Under the pieces are notes generated by a model. It saw nothing but the letters and a program-made list of their open reading frames with translations, did not search any database and was not told the origin of the DNA. Positions 31,446 through 41,154 of a stretch of 64,000 nt of DNA are shown here, piece after piece; positions within the stretch are counted from its first letter, which is position 1, and each line of letters begins with the position of its first letter. The stretch is from positions 1 to 64,000 of the forward strand of contig RQSC01000308.1 in NCBI GenBank assembly GCA_013416795.1, written 5' to 3'. The position numbers and the translations under genes were made by a program. Origin of the DNA: Prasinococcaceae sp. CCMP 1430. Taxonomy: Eukaryota > Plantae > Prasinodermophyta.

Positions 31446-31997
31446 TTAGAGCTCGTCGCCATGCGGCGCCGGGCACACGCGCGCGAGGCGCGTGCACAGC
31501 GCATCAGGCACGTCGTCGACGCCGTGGGCGAACACGAAATCCTCGAGCGCGACCCCGTACGCTGCCACCAGCCCCGTGCATGCCGTGCCAAGGTGCGCTG
31601 CCTCCGAGCCCTCCCGCGCGCGCTCGGCGCACGCAGTCGTCACGGCGTCCGTGATGTCCAGCTCGCTGTGCGGGTGCATCAGTCGCCGCCTGCGCCCCGT
31701 GTGCTCCTCCATGAGCTCCTCGGCAGTGCGCACGCCGGCCGCGCGCAGCTGTGCCACCAGCAGCTCTGCGACGCCGCGGCACTCGCCGCACGTGAGCACC
31801 GGCTCGCCGAGCCGCTCCACGCGCGCGCCGAGCGCCGCCGGCGCCGCCACCAGCGCTAGCGCCAGCGTCAGGGCCAGCCGTAGCGCGCGAGGCGACCTCG
31901 CTCGCGCGGCCGGCAGGCCGGCCGGGGAAAGAGGGGCGCGGGGGTGCGGCGAGCGGGCGGCAAGTAAACGGCACGGCGGGGCGGGGCTCGCAGCCAT
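31446..31997 (-). CDS. Saposin-like Canopy/DUF3456-type ER protein
   Basis: Hydrophobic signal LALTLALALVAAPAALG, CGECRGV, SELDITDAVTTAC, C..LVAAY..LEDF, LCTRLARVC, and a C-terminal xDEL (HGDEL). Confidence 0.7.
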   Translation of the reverse strand: MAASPAPPCRLLAARSPHPRAPLSPAGLPAARARSPRALRLALTLALALVAAPAALGARVERLGEPVLTCGECRGVAELLVAQLRAAGVRTAEELMEEHTGRRRRLMHPHSELDITDAVTTACAERAREGSEAAHLGTACTGLVAAYGVALEDFVFAHGVDDVPDALCTRLARVCPAPHGDEL

Positions 31998-32197
31998 GCC
32001 TGCCCTGGTGCGTCGCGCTGCAGCCGGGGCGCGCTGTCTGGTCGGGGGCGGCGCTGCACCAGCCGCTCTCTTGCGCTTTCCCGCGACGCGCATGCTTCCT
32101 GCTTCATCGCGCACGCCTGAGCTCGTCTCTGACGGCAGCCTCGCCCGCCGTTCCTGCCGCGCCGGCCCGACGCGCGCCGCCTCGCGCCGCCATTGCA

Positions 32198-32887
32198 ATG
32201 TCCGTGCGCTCGCTCGCTCAGGAGTGGCTTTTTGGCAAGAAGAAGACGCCCGCGGAGCTGCTGCGCGAGAACAAGCGGCTGCTCGACAAGAGCATCCGTG
32301 AGCTCGACCGCGAGCGCAATGCGATGTCTCGGCAGGAGAAGGCCCTCATCGGGGATATCAAGAAAATGGCAAAGCAGGGGCAGGTGGGCGCCGTCAAGGT
32401 GATGGCAAAGGACCTCGTGCGCACGCGCAAGTCGATAACGAAGTTCTACCAGCTGCGCTCGCAGCTTCAGGGCGTGTCGCTTCGCATCCAGACGCTCAAG
32501 AGCACGCAGACGATGGGCGAGGCGATGAAGGGCTGCACCAAGGCGATGGCGACCATGAACAAGCAGTTGAAGCTGCCCAGCCTGCAGAAGATCATGATGG
32601 ACTTCGAACGGCAGAACGAGAAGATGGAGATGACGCAGGAAGTGATGGGCGACGCCATCGACGACGCGCTCGAGGGCTCCGAGGATGAGGAAGAGGCCGA
32701 GGAGCTCGTCAGTCAGGTGCTCGACGAAATCGGCGTGTCGATGGACGCGTCACTCGTGGCTGCGCCGACGGGGCCCGTGGGTGCGCAGGCGCACGCCGCG
32801 CCAGCCGCGCCGACACCCGTTGCCGAGGGCGCGGACGGTGGCATTGACGACGACTTGCAGGCGCGACTCAACAACCTGAGGCGCTGA
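32198..32887 (+). CDS. VPS2: ESCRT-III subunit VPS2/CHMP2A
   Basis: LFGKKKTPAELLRENKR, VKVMAKDLVRTR, SQLQGVSLRIQTLKS, C-terminal MIM1 DDDLQARLNNLRR. Confidence 0.96.
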   Translation: MSVRSLAQEWLFGKKKTPAELLRENKRLLDKSIRELDRERNAMSRQEKALIGDIKKMAKQGQVGAVKVMAKDLVRTRKSITKFYQLRSQLQGVSLRIQTLKSTQTMGEAMKGCTKAMATMNKQLKLPSLQKIMMDFERQNEKMEMTQEVMGDAIDDALEGSEDEEEAEELVSQVLDEIGVSMDASLVAAPTGPVGAQAHAAPAAPTPVAEGADGGIDDDLQARLNNLRR

Positions 32888-33086
32888 GACGCACCCACAG
32901 TACCATGGCCTGCGAGCGCGGGTTCGGCGCGTCACGGCGCGCCTGCGCCCGCGCGCAGCGAGTGTAAATTTCCTCCCCGCTAGAACGACCAGCGCATGGA
33001 CTCGGTGCGGCGCGCGTGTGCGCACAGATGGGGCATGATATAAAAATGGTGTCGACCTATCTCTCTAGGGCGCGGCTACGCGCTGT

Positions 33087-35799
33087 TCACCGCGCGCTCC
33101 TGGGCTTCCACTCGCACGCCGACACGCCCGTGTCGCCCTCGGCGGCCGCGCCGCCCATCAGCGCCTCCGCGTAGTTGGCACCCCTGCCTTTGGCCGCCTT
33201 GAGCAGCTCGGCCGCCTCGTCGACGGTGAGCGGCTTGGGGCGGTCCCTGTCGGCAGCCACGATGCACAGAAAGCCGAAGGGCTCCGACGCGTTGGGCGCG
33301 CAGCGGAACTTCACGCGCGCGCGTGCGCAGGGACGCGCGCGTATGCGCGCAGGCGGTCGAGGTCAGCATGGCTGTGCGCCTGGGGCGTCGGCGCGCATCG
33401 GACAGAGCGAGCGGGTTCGCGCGCACGCGCGACACGCACGCACGACAGCGCGCTTCCCCTACCTGGTGGGCGTGGTTCGGGGCAGTGTACACGACGTCGC
33501 CGAAGGACAACGGCACGATCTCTGGCCCAAGCTGCGCCTCGCCTTGCCCGCGAATGACCACGACGGTGTGCTGGTGCTCGTGGCGCTCGAGCGTGGAAAA
33601 GCCGCCCGGCGCACATTCGAAGTAACGTGTGTGCTGCGCGGCGCTCTCCCCGCGCTTGCCGATGAGCTCAACGCGCGACACGCCCTTGAATGTCGAGCCG
33701 TCCTGCTTGTATGCCTCAACGGGCACGCCCGACCAGCGGAAACTGCTCGGAGAGAAGCGCAGCACCTTGCTCTTGTCTCCTTCAATCGTGAATGTCGACA
33801 AGCTGCTGAGCATCTCCTCGATCGACCAGTCGTCCGGGATAGGCAGGGGCCTCCTCTTCGCAGGCACAGGCGCCGATGGCGCCTCTCGACGCACGGCACT
33901 CTGCATGAGCTCCCCTACAGCCGCGGCGCCGCCGCCCACGCTTGGCGCGGGCAAGGGGCTCCCGCGGGTCGCGGAGGTACCGCCACCTACGTCTGGCATG
34001 GGGAGAGGGCTCTTCATCGCGGCCGCCCTCGACCAATCGTTCTCCTCGTCGCGGCCCATGACCATGGGCGTGAGCGCTGCCGCCGCCGCCGCGCCGCCGC
34101 CAACGGTCGGTGTTGGAAGGGGACTCTCCAGCGCTGCCGAGGTGCCACCGCCGACGTCCGGCATGGGCAGCGATGGCACCGACGACTCGGCCTCCTCACC
34201 CATCGCCATGCACCTAAGCGCCACCGCTGACAGGCCCTTGCTTGGAGACATCGCAGCGGCGAGGGCGCGCCCGGCGGGCGTCAAGGGGTGGGACTCAGGG
34301 GCGACCGAGCTCAAATGCTGCATGGTTGGCGGCGGCGTGGCCGCCTGGCCGTTCTTGCGCGCGAGCATCGCGCTGGGCGAGGGTGGCGGCGCGTATGGCC
34401 CGTTGCGCCCGGCAGCGTCTGCAAACGCGCGCGCGTTCGCCTCGAGGTCGGGACCCGCCTGCAGTAGCGCGCCGCCGATGAGGAAGAGCGTGTCGTCGCC
34501 GAAGGTCTCGCGCATCTCAGTGCACCTGTGCAGCTTCATGCCACCCGCTGGGCACGGCAGGGCAGGCCTGAATCGGCCCATGGGCCGCCTGCACCCCTCG
34601 GCCACCGCCTGGCACTCGTCGGGAGTGAATTTGAAGCGCCCGCCCGCGTTGGGGAAGATGACCGCGTCAGCGCCCAGAAGGCGCGGGAGCGTGCCGAAAA
34701 GAAAGTCGTGCGTGAAGCCGCCCGCGTCGCCGCTCGAGCCCGACAGCCAGCCGCCGAGCATGGCGGGGTGCAGTAGTATGGGCAGCCCGAAGTTGGGGTC
34801 GGCCGCCAGCTCGCGCATGCAGTCGAAGCCCGTAATTCCCGGCAGGAGCATGATGGCGCCGCAGCCCTGATCCTTGGCGTACCAGGCGCGCTGCAGCACC
34901 TTGGTGCACGGCGCGTTGAGCGAGGGCGCGTACAGGCAGTTGCGCCCGGTCTCGGCGTTGGCGAGCGCAACGGCGCGCGAGCACATGGCCACGCGCTCCT
35001 CGAAGGGCGCCCACACCTGGTCGGCCAGCCCGTGGTCATCCTTGATGATGTCACAGCCGCCGCGCGCAAGCAGGTACGCCATGCGCGCGAGTTCGGCGCT
35101 CGACTTGCCCATGGGCTTGAGCGCCGTCATGAGCAGCGGTGCGCGCGACACGCCGAGCATCTTGCGCAGGCCTTGCACGCCGAAGCGTGCGCCAGGGAAC
35201 ATGTTCGTGTCGGCGAGCAGCTTCGGCGAGAGCGTCACGTCGACCACCGCCACCCCGGGCTTGAGGCTCGTGTTCCCGAAGACCACGTTGAGCCACTGCG
35301 TGAGCTCGTCGCCGGCAGTGTCGTTGGGGTACGCGATCGATACCCTGCGCGCGCGGGAGCAATTGCGTGTGTGAAGAAAGGGGGGGAGGGGGGGGGGGGG
35401 TCGCCGGGAAGGGCGTCAGGTCGCGCATACCGCATCGCTGCTGGGGCACGCCGGCGCGGGCTCGGACGCCCCTGCGCGGCGCGCACCGCTTGCGTGCGCG
35501 CACCTGTACTCCTCGCCCTCGGTGATGGGCGCGATGCGCTCAATCGAGCCCACCACGTAGGGCATCACCTCCTGCACCGCGGTGGTATCCTCAGGGAGCT
35601 CGACGGTCTGTTCGAGGCACGCTTCCCACGCGCGCGCACGTGCGTCGTCGACCGACGACGCCTTGATAGCATAGTCCACCCAGAAGCGCTCGGGATGCTT
35701 GAGGTCGTCGGGCACGCGCGTCGCCGGGTAGCCGCGCACCGCCCCGTCGACGACGGCGCGCATCGCGCCGTCGCTCTCGCCGCCGCGCCCGGTGCACAT
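33087..35799 (-). CDS. rlp: RuBisCO-like protein (form IV, R. rubrum-type) fused to a C-terminal cupin (exons 35799-35504, 35344-33463, 33308-33087)
   Basis: CLEQTVELP, WLNVVFGNTSL, LKPMG, IIKDDHGLADQ, GADAVIFPNAGGRF, PAGGM, LIGGALL. Cupin: YFECAPGGFSTLERHEHQH...GDVVYTAPNHAHQ|FRC..FGFLCIVAADRDRP. Both introns splice in frame. Confidence 0.92.
33905..34190 (-). repeat. Two-copy tandem repeat (period 165 nt, 55 aa) in the RLP-cupin linker
   Basis: LPMPDVGGGTSA..SPLP.P.VGGGAAA occurs twice; ggcatggg anchors at 33995 and 34160. Confidence 0.8.
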
Positions 35800-36268
35800 G
35801 CCGCCGCCGCGCGTATGCGTGCGCGTGCGCGCGCGCGCGCGAGTCGGCTGCCAGAGGAGAGGGAGAGCGGGCGGTGCGCGGAGCGATGTGAGGGTGAGGT
35901 TGGGTGTGTGGGGGGGGGGGGTTGCAGCCAGGGCGCCGCTGCCGCCACCGCCGCCGCCGCGCGGTGTGACAGGCCAGGCCCGCTCGCCCGGCCGCCGCAC
36001 GCCGGCGAATTTCCCGCCAATCCCCACTTTCGCACCGCGGCCTCAGCCCGCGCGAAAAGCATCTGAGCGCATTCCGTCGGCCGCGAAATTAGTCGGACCC
36101 CCCCCCCCCGCCCCCAGCCGCGGCCGCCGATCGCGATCGGCGCGCTGCACGCGGCGACGTTACTACGCTCAAATACGTGGATAAAATACACACGGGCGAG
36201 CTTCGTTGCCCAGATGCGTTGAGATGCTCGCGCGATGTGAGTTAGATGGGGGCGGGGCGGGGTGGGGT

Positions 36269-36434
36269 GGGGTGGGGTTTAGGTTCCAATCCTCGAATTA
36301 GGGTTTAGTTGAGGGTTTGGTGGGGGGGGTCTTTCATGTTTCAGCGAGGTCTTTCAGCGGCGGCAGCTGCCCGTTTCTATCCGCTCGTCTGTGTACCTCC
36401 GCTCGCCACACACGGCGCGCGCCGCGCTCGCGCC

Positions 36435-36467
<33 letters not shown>

Positions 36468-36513
36468 GGGGTTTAGGTTCCAATCCTCGAATTAGGGTTT
36501 AGTTGAGGGTTTG
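36269..36513. repeat. Perfect 51-bp direct repeat (36269-36319 and 36463-36513) with telomere-like motifs, next to G30 (36437-36466)
   Basis: ggggtggggtttaggttccaatcctcgaattagggtttagttgagggtttg is present twice, 194 nt apart. Confidence 0.9.
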
Positions 36514-36529
36514 AGCGGCGGCGGGCAGC

Positions 36530-37840
36530 ATGCCCGCCGCGCCGCGGCTGCTGCCGTCGGCGCCGCCGGCGGGCGAAGCAGGCGCGTGGGAGGAGGTCGC
36601 CGGAGGCGGCGTGACCGAGCCTGCGGGATTCTCCGCGGCTGGCGTCGCCGCGGGGCTGCGGTCGAGCGGCAAGCGCGAGGACCTCTCGCTCGTGCTCTCT
36701 GATCGCCCCGCCGCAGGGGCGGGCTGCTTCACGCAGAACCGCGTGTGCGCCGCGCCCGTCACGTACTGCAAGCAGGCGCTCGAAGCGATGGGCTACGAGG
36801 GCGTGCGCGCGGTGCTCACCAATGCGGGTCAGGCCAACGCCGCCACCGGCGAGCAGGGGTGGGAGGACTCGCTCTCCGGCGCGCAGGCCGCTGCCGACGC
36901 GCTTGGCGTGCCCCGCGACGCCGTCATGGTGATGAGCACGGGCGTCATCGGCCAGCGCATCAAGATGGAGCCCTACCTGGCGTCCATCCCGGACGCGGTG
37001 GCCGCGCTGGGCAGCTCGGCCGAGCATGGCACCGCCGCTGCGGAGGCCATCACGACCACTGATCTCGCGCGCAAGCAGGTGGCCGTGCGCGTCTCCCTGC
37101 CCTCGGGCGGCTCCGTCAGCATCGGCGGCATGGCCAAGGGCTCCGGCATGATCCATCCCAACATGGCGACAATGCTGGGCGTGGTGACCACCGACGCGGC
37201 CGTGGCGCCTGAGGCGTGGCGCAAGATGCTGCGCGCCGCCGTCGCGCGCTCCTACAACCAAATTACCGTCGACGGCGACACCTCGACCAACGACACGGTC
37301 ATTGGCCTCGCCAACGGCGCGGCGGCCGAGGGCGGCGTGCAGCCGATCTCCGACGCGGACAGTGCCGACGGAGCGGCGCTCACGGCTGCGCTCACCGCGG
37401 TGTGCGAGGCTCTGGCCAAGTCAATCGCGTGGGACGGCGAGGGCGCGACGGTGCTCATCGAGGCGAGCGTCACGGGCGCCGCCAGTGACGCCGACGCGCG
37501 CGAGATCGCCAAGTCGGTGTGCGGTTCGAGCCTGGTGAAGAGCGCGGTGTACGGTCGCGATCCCAACTGGGGCCGCATCGCCGCGGCTGCGGGGTACGCT
37601 GGTGTGGAATTCGACCAGGCGGACCTGTCCGTTTGGCTGGGCGAGGCGCAGCTCATGAGCCGCGGCCAGCCGCTCGAATTCGACGAGTCGGCCGCAAGCA
37701 AGTACATGGCTGACGCGGGCGACTGCCGCGGCACCGTGCGCATCGGCGTGCGCGTGGGCGACGGCAGCGGCTCGGGCAAGGCGTGGGGATGCGATCTGAG
37801 CTACGACTATGTCAAAATCAACGCCGAGTATACGACGTAG
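36530..37840 (+). CDS. argJ: ArgJ ornithine/glutamate N-acetyltransferase; true N-terminus or transit peptide uncertain
   Basis: GFSAAGVAAGL, FTQNRVCAAPV, NAGQANAATGEQG, STGVIG, AITTTD, GMAKGSGMIHPNMATML (autoproteolytic Thr), VDGDTSTND, DGEGAT, DPNWGRI, CDLSYDYVKINAEYTT. Confidence 0.96.
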   Translation: MPAAPRLLPSAPPAGEAGAWEEVAGGGVTEPAGFSAAGVAAGLRSSGKREDLSLVLSDRPAAGAGCFTQNRVCAAPVTYCKQALEAMGYEGVRAVLTNAGQANAATGEQGWEDSLSGAQAAADALGVPRDAVMVMSTGVIGQRIKMEPYLASIPDAVAALGSSAEHGTAAAEAITTTDLARKQVAVRVSLPSGGSVSIGGMAKGSGMIHPNMATMLGVVTTDAAVAPEAWRKMLRAAVARSYNQITVDGDTSTNDTVIGLANGAAAEGGVQPISDADSADGAALTAALTAVCEALAKSIAWDGEGATVLIEASVTGAASDADAREIAKSVCGSSLVKSAVYGRDPNWGRIAAAAGYAGVEFDQADLSVWLGEAQLMSRGQPLEFDESAASKYMADAGDCRGTVRIGVRVGDGSGSGKAWGCDLSYDYVKINAEYTT

Positions 37841-37943
37841 TGGGCGGGCGGCGAGCACTAAATATCTGCTATTAGTCATGAGAGCCCTCGCTCCGCAGCG
37901 CCTGCGAGGTGCTCGGGCTATTCTATCGCCTCCGTGCGCGCAC

Positions 37944-40532
37944 TCAGAGGATGAGGCTGACGGCGCACCCCACAGCGGCGTAGGTGAACGCGATGCCCGC
38001 GGCATAGCACAGCGCGCGGAGGACCACGCCCATCCGCCCCACGTTGCCGCTGCCCGCGAAGAGCGCCAGCGTGGTGGGCACCAAGGGGTACACACATGGG
38101 CTCAGGGACGCCAGCAGCCCCCAGGGATAGCACAGCATCACTGTGATCGCTCGCTCTGTGGGCGACGCCTTGCCGCAGTCATCAGGCGAGTCCGCCTGCG
38201 GCGTGCCAGACGCGTGTCCGCGCAGGGGTCAGCAGACGCGAGCATGCGAGCGTCAGCGTGCGCGCGCGGCGCAAGCGGTGGCGCTGGCAGGGACGCACCT
38301 CCGGATCGAGCCCCTTTGCCGCGCGCTCGAGCACCTCGTTCAGCCTCGCAGCCGACAGCTTGCCACGCAGCACCGTCTCTGGTGGTGTGCGGCGCAGATC
38401 GCCTTCACCCGCTGCCATGGTGGTCGCTCGCACAATCACGTACGCCGGCATGCCCCCCGCGCCCCATATCTGATCCTTCAGGGTCGCGCATTCGCTCTGC
38501 CTGTTCGTGGAGTCACACTTGACGCTAACAAAGTCGGCGTCCAGCGTGGAGACGACATCGGCGTCCGCCAGCGTCGTGTAATCGGCGAAGCGGCAGGTCA
38601 CGCACCAGTCAGCGTAAAAATCTACAAAGAGCCCCTTTCCAGCCTCGACAGCGCTTTGCGCGCCCTCGTGCGGGTCAGGCTCCCACGCAATGGCGCTCGG
38701 GGGCGGATCCAGCAGCCGTCCGGGTGCGCGCGAGAATGGCTCCCCTGTGACAGCAAAGCCCCACACGGCAAAGAATGCAACAACGCATGCGATGAGCAGC
38801 GCGGCGGAAGAGAGGAGCGACCGCGCCGTGAGCTCTCGACGGCGCAGCACGGGCAGGCGGCGCTGCCACTTTCGCGGCCTCGTGGCCTCAAGAGCGATCA
38901 TCTCGTCCAGCGGGAGCTCCTCGACCGCGACCCTCCGCAGCAGCGCGCTGCACACAATGAAGACAGCCCAGGCGCCGAAGGAAGTGGCCATCGCGGCGAA
39001 GGCCAGCGTCGCACCGCCGTCCGTGCTCACCAAGAAGTAGGCCGCGCTGATGAGCACGATGAAGCCTGAGTGCACCTTCAGCCTGTCGAGCCACGGACCA
39101 GGCTCGGGCAATCGCGTCACCAGTCCGCTGGCGACGGCCGCGAGAAGCAGTATCGTCGCCAGGCCCATCCCAAAGAGGAACAGCCCCGCCGCGCCCACCA
39201 CGTAGTCGCGCGAGGTGGCGACATACACAAGCACGGAGGCGGCGAAGGGCCCCACGCAGGGCGAGACCACCAGACCGAATGTACAGCCGCGCGCCAGCGC
39301 ACCGAGATAGGTGACGCCGGGCTGTTCGGGGGATCGCTGGGAGCGCGCTTTGGAGACGTCGCCCGCCTGTTCAACGTCCTCTGTGTCCGCCTTGACGCCT
39401 CCTCCCGCGGTAGCCGCGCCCTGTCCCGGGACCAGCCTTTTGAGGATGAAGTTGGGGACCTTGAGGTCGAACAGGCCCCACATTGACAATGCCATGAGAA
39501 TGAGGATGGAAAGAACCACACCCAGCACGGCTGGCTGCGCGAGCACTTGGCCGACGTCCGCTGAGCGCGCGCAGCTCTCAAAAGTGCCGATGCCGTCATC
39601 GCGGCTGACGTCACCGCCAGGCAGCCCGCTACCAGCGTCGCCGCCCTCGTCACCCACGCCAAGCAGTGCGCTCAGATTGCCAGAGCGCGTGGCCAGCTCA
39701 TACGCCTCCAACTCAGAAAGAGTCGCCACGCGAGTGAGATCGGCGTGGATGTCGTACGCAGGCACGCCCGGCGTATCCAGGAGGTACTGGTGCCAGCACA
39801 AATTTGGGCTGCACGAGGAGAAGGCAACCTCCAGAGGCAGCGTGAGCGTTGCGGCCAAAAGGTCGTCTGTGGCATCGGAGACGTTCGCGGGAGCAGCGGC
39901 CATGGTGCTGGACGCATTGACGACGGCCGCTGCGCGCGTGCACATGCGCGTCAACTCGTCAGTCGGGAGTAGAGCGCGCGACGCTTGTTCGCACGTACCG
40001 CGAAATGAAGTTGAGAGCGCGCGTGCATGCGGACGAGCGCGCGGCAACACACACCTCGGAGCTCATCGACGTCTGCAACCTCGCCCACGAGTACCCCAAC
40101 CACCTGTCCGGGTCCCTTGTACTTCGTCGCGTCATAGCTGAAAAAGCGACTCTCGAAGCGCTCCACCAGGGGTAACGGGAAGGTGGCGAGCGCATCAGCC
40201 AGGCCCGCATCGCCGTATGCAGGCGCTCCGATGCGCGCGGCGCGGGCTTCGGTATACGAGTAGCACTGCGGCGCCTCCTCGTTGGAGCAGTCACGTGGCC
40301 CGTAAATGTGGCAGCCCTGCGGCATGCGTAGCCGCACCCACGCCACCACGCGCGCCGCGCCGCCGCTCTCCGAAGCAGCGTAGTATGCGCCGCCGCCATC
40401 GGCGGCCGTCACGCACTCGGCCTCGGCCTCGTACGGTTCGTAGCCCTCTTCGGAGCAGGCGCGCTGCGCCAGCACCGCAGCTAGCACGAACGCCAGCGCC
40501 GCGCATCGCGCGGGCATGCGCGCGCACCGCAT
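37944..40532 (-). CDS. dsbD: DsbD-family thiol:disulfide transporter with permuted TM order (exons 40532-40055, 39929-38299, 38195-37944; about 786 aa)
   Basis: Order is: signal peptide; n-domain (MPQGCHIY, SSCSPNLCW); TM3-8 (LAQP..LSMWGLF, VVSPCVGP, GMGL, LPEPGPWLDRLK); thioredoxin (FVDFYADWCVTC); then, after a GT-AG intron, TM1-2 (GLLASLSPCVYPLVP..YAAGIAFTYAAVG). Confidence 0.88.
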
Positions 40533-41154
40533 GACCGCGCCGCGCCGCGCCAGCGCCAGCGCCGCCGCCGCGCTGCTACGCCACGCGCATGGCGTGTGCC
40601 TCGCCACACGCGCACGCGCGCGCGCGCGTGGCACGCACCCGGCGCTTCGGGGAATCCCTTAACCCCCTTAAGGGGTGCACCCGTTTTCGACCGGAGAAGC
40701 CGCAAAACTGAACCGGATTAAGCCATACTTGTAACCCGGTGACATGCGTTTCGATCCGGGTCTACGCGCGGGGCGAGTAATTGCAATTTGCTCGCGCGTT
40801 CCCCAAGCGTGCGGACTCGGCACGGCACTGGAGGGCAGGCGCCCCCTCCCGCCTCCCGCCCCCCACTGCCCGCTCTCCTCCAGCGCGGCGCACCGTTCGA
40901 CCCAATCCTCGCGCGCGCCCAGCGATCCGACGGCCAGGCGCGCGCGGCCCCTCCCAGTGCGTGGCGCGCTCGCAGCACAGAGCGCGCACGCGCGCGGGCT
41001 GCCGCCCACCGCTGCCTGGCGCGCGTGGGCGCGTGCTCCTCCTCTCCCCCTTCTGCCCTTGCGTGTGCGCGGTCGCGCCGTCGCAGCGGCGGTGGTTTCG
41101 ACGGCGATAGGCGCTGCGGTGATACGCGCGCGGCGACTGCCACGCTTGGCACAC

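Noticed and set aside
33087-35799. A nuclear-encoded true RuBisCO large subunit
   Set aside because: It has KDDH rather than KDDE, no recognisable loop-6 or GHYLN motifs, and matches form IV signatures throughout.
37930-38195. Back-splicing or trans-splicing of the TM1-2 exon to restore canonical DsbD order (a GTGCGC donor-like sequence follows the exon)
   Set aside because: The donor-like sequence lies after the TGA, so any splice keeps the stop. Ordinary cis-splicing already gives an in-frame, topologically consistent protein.
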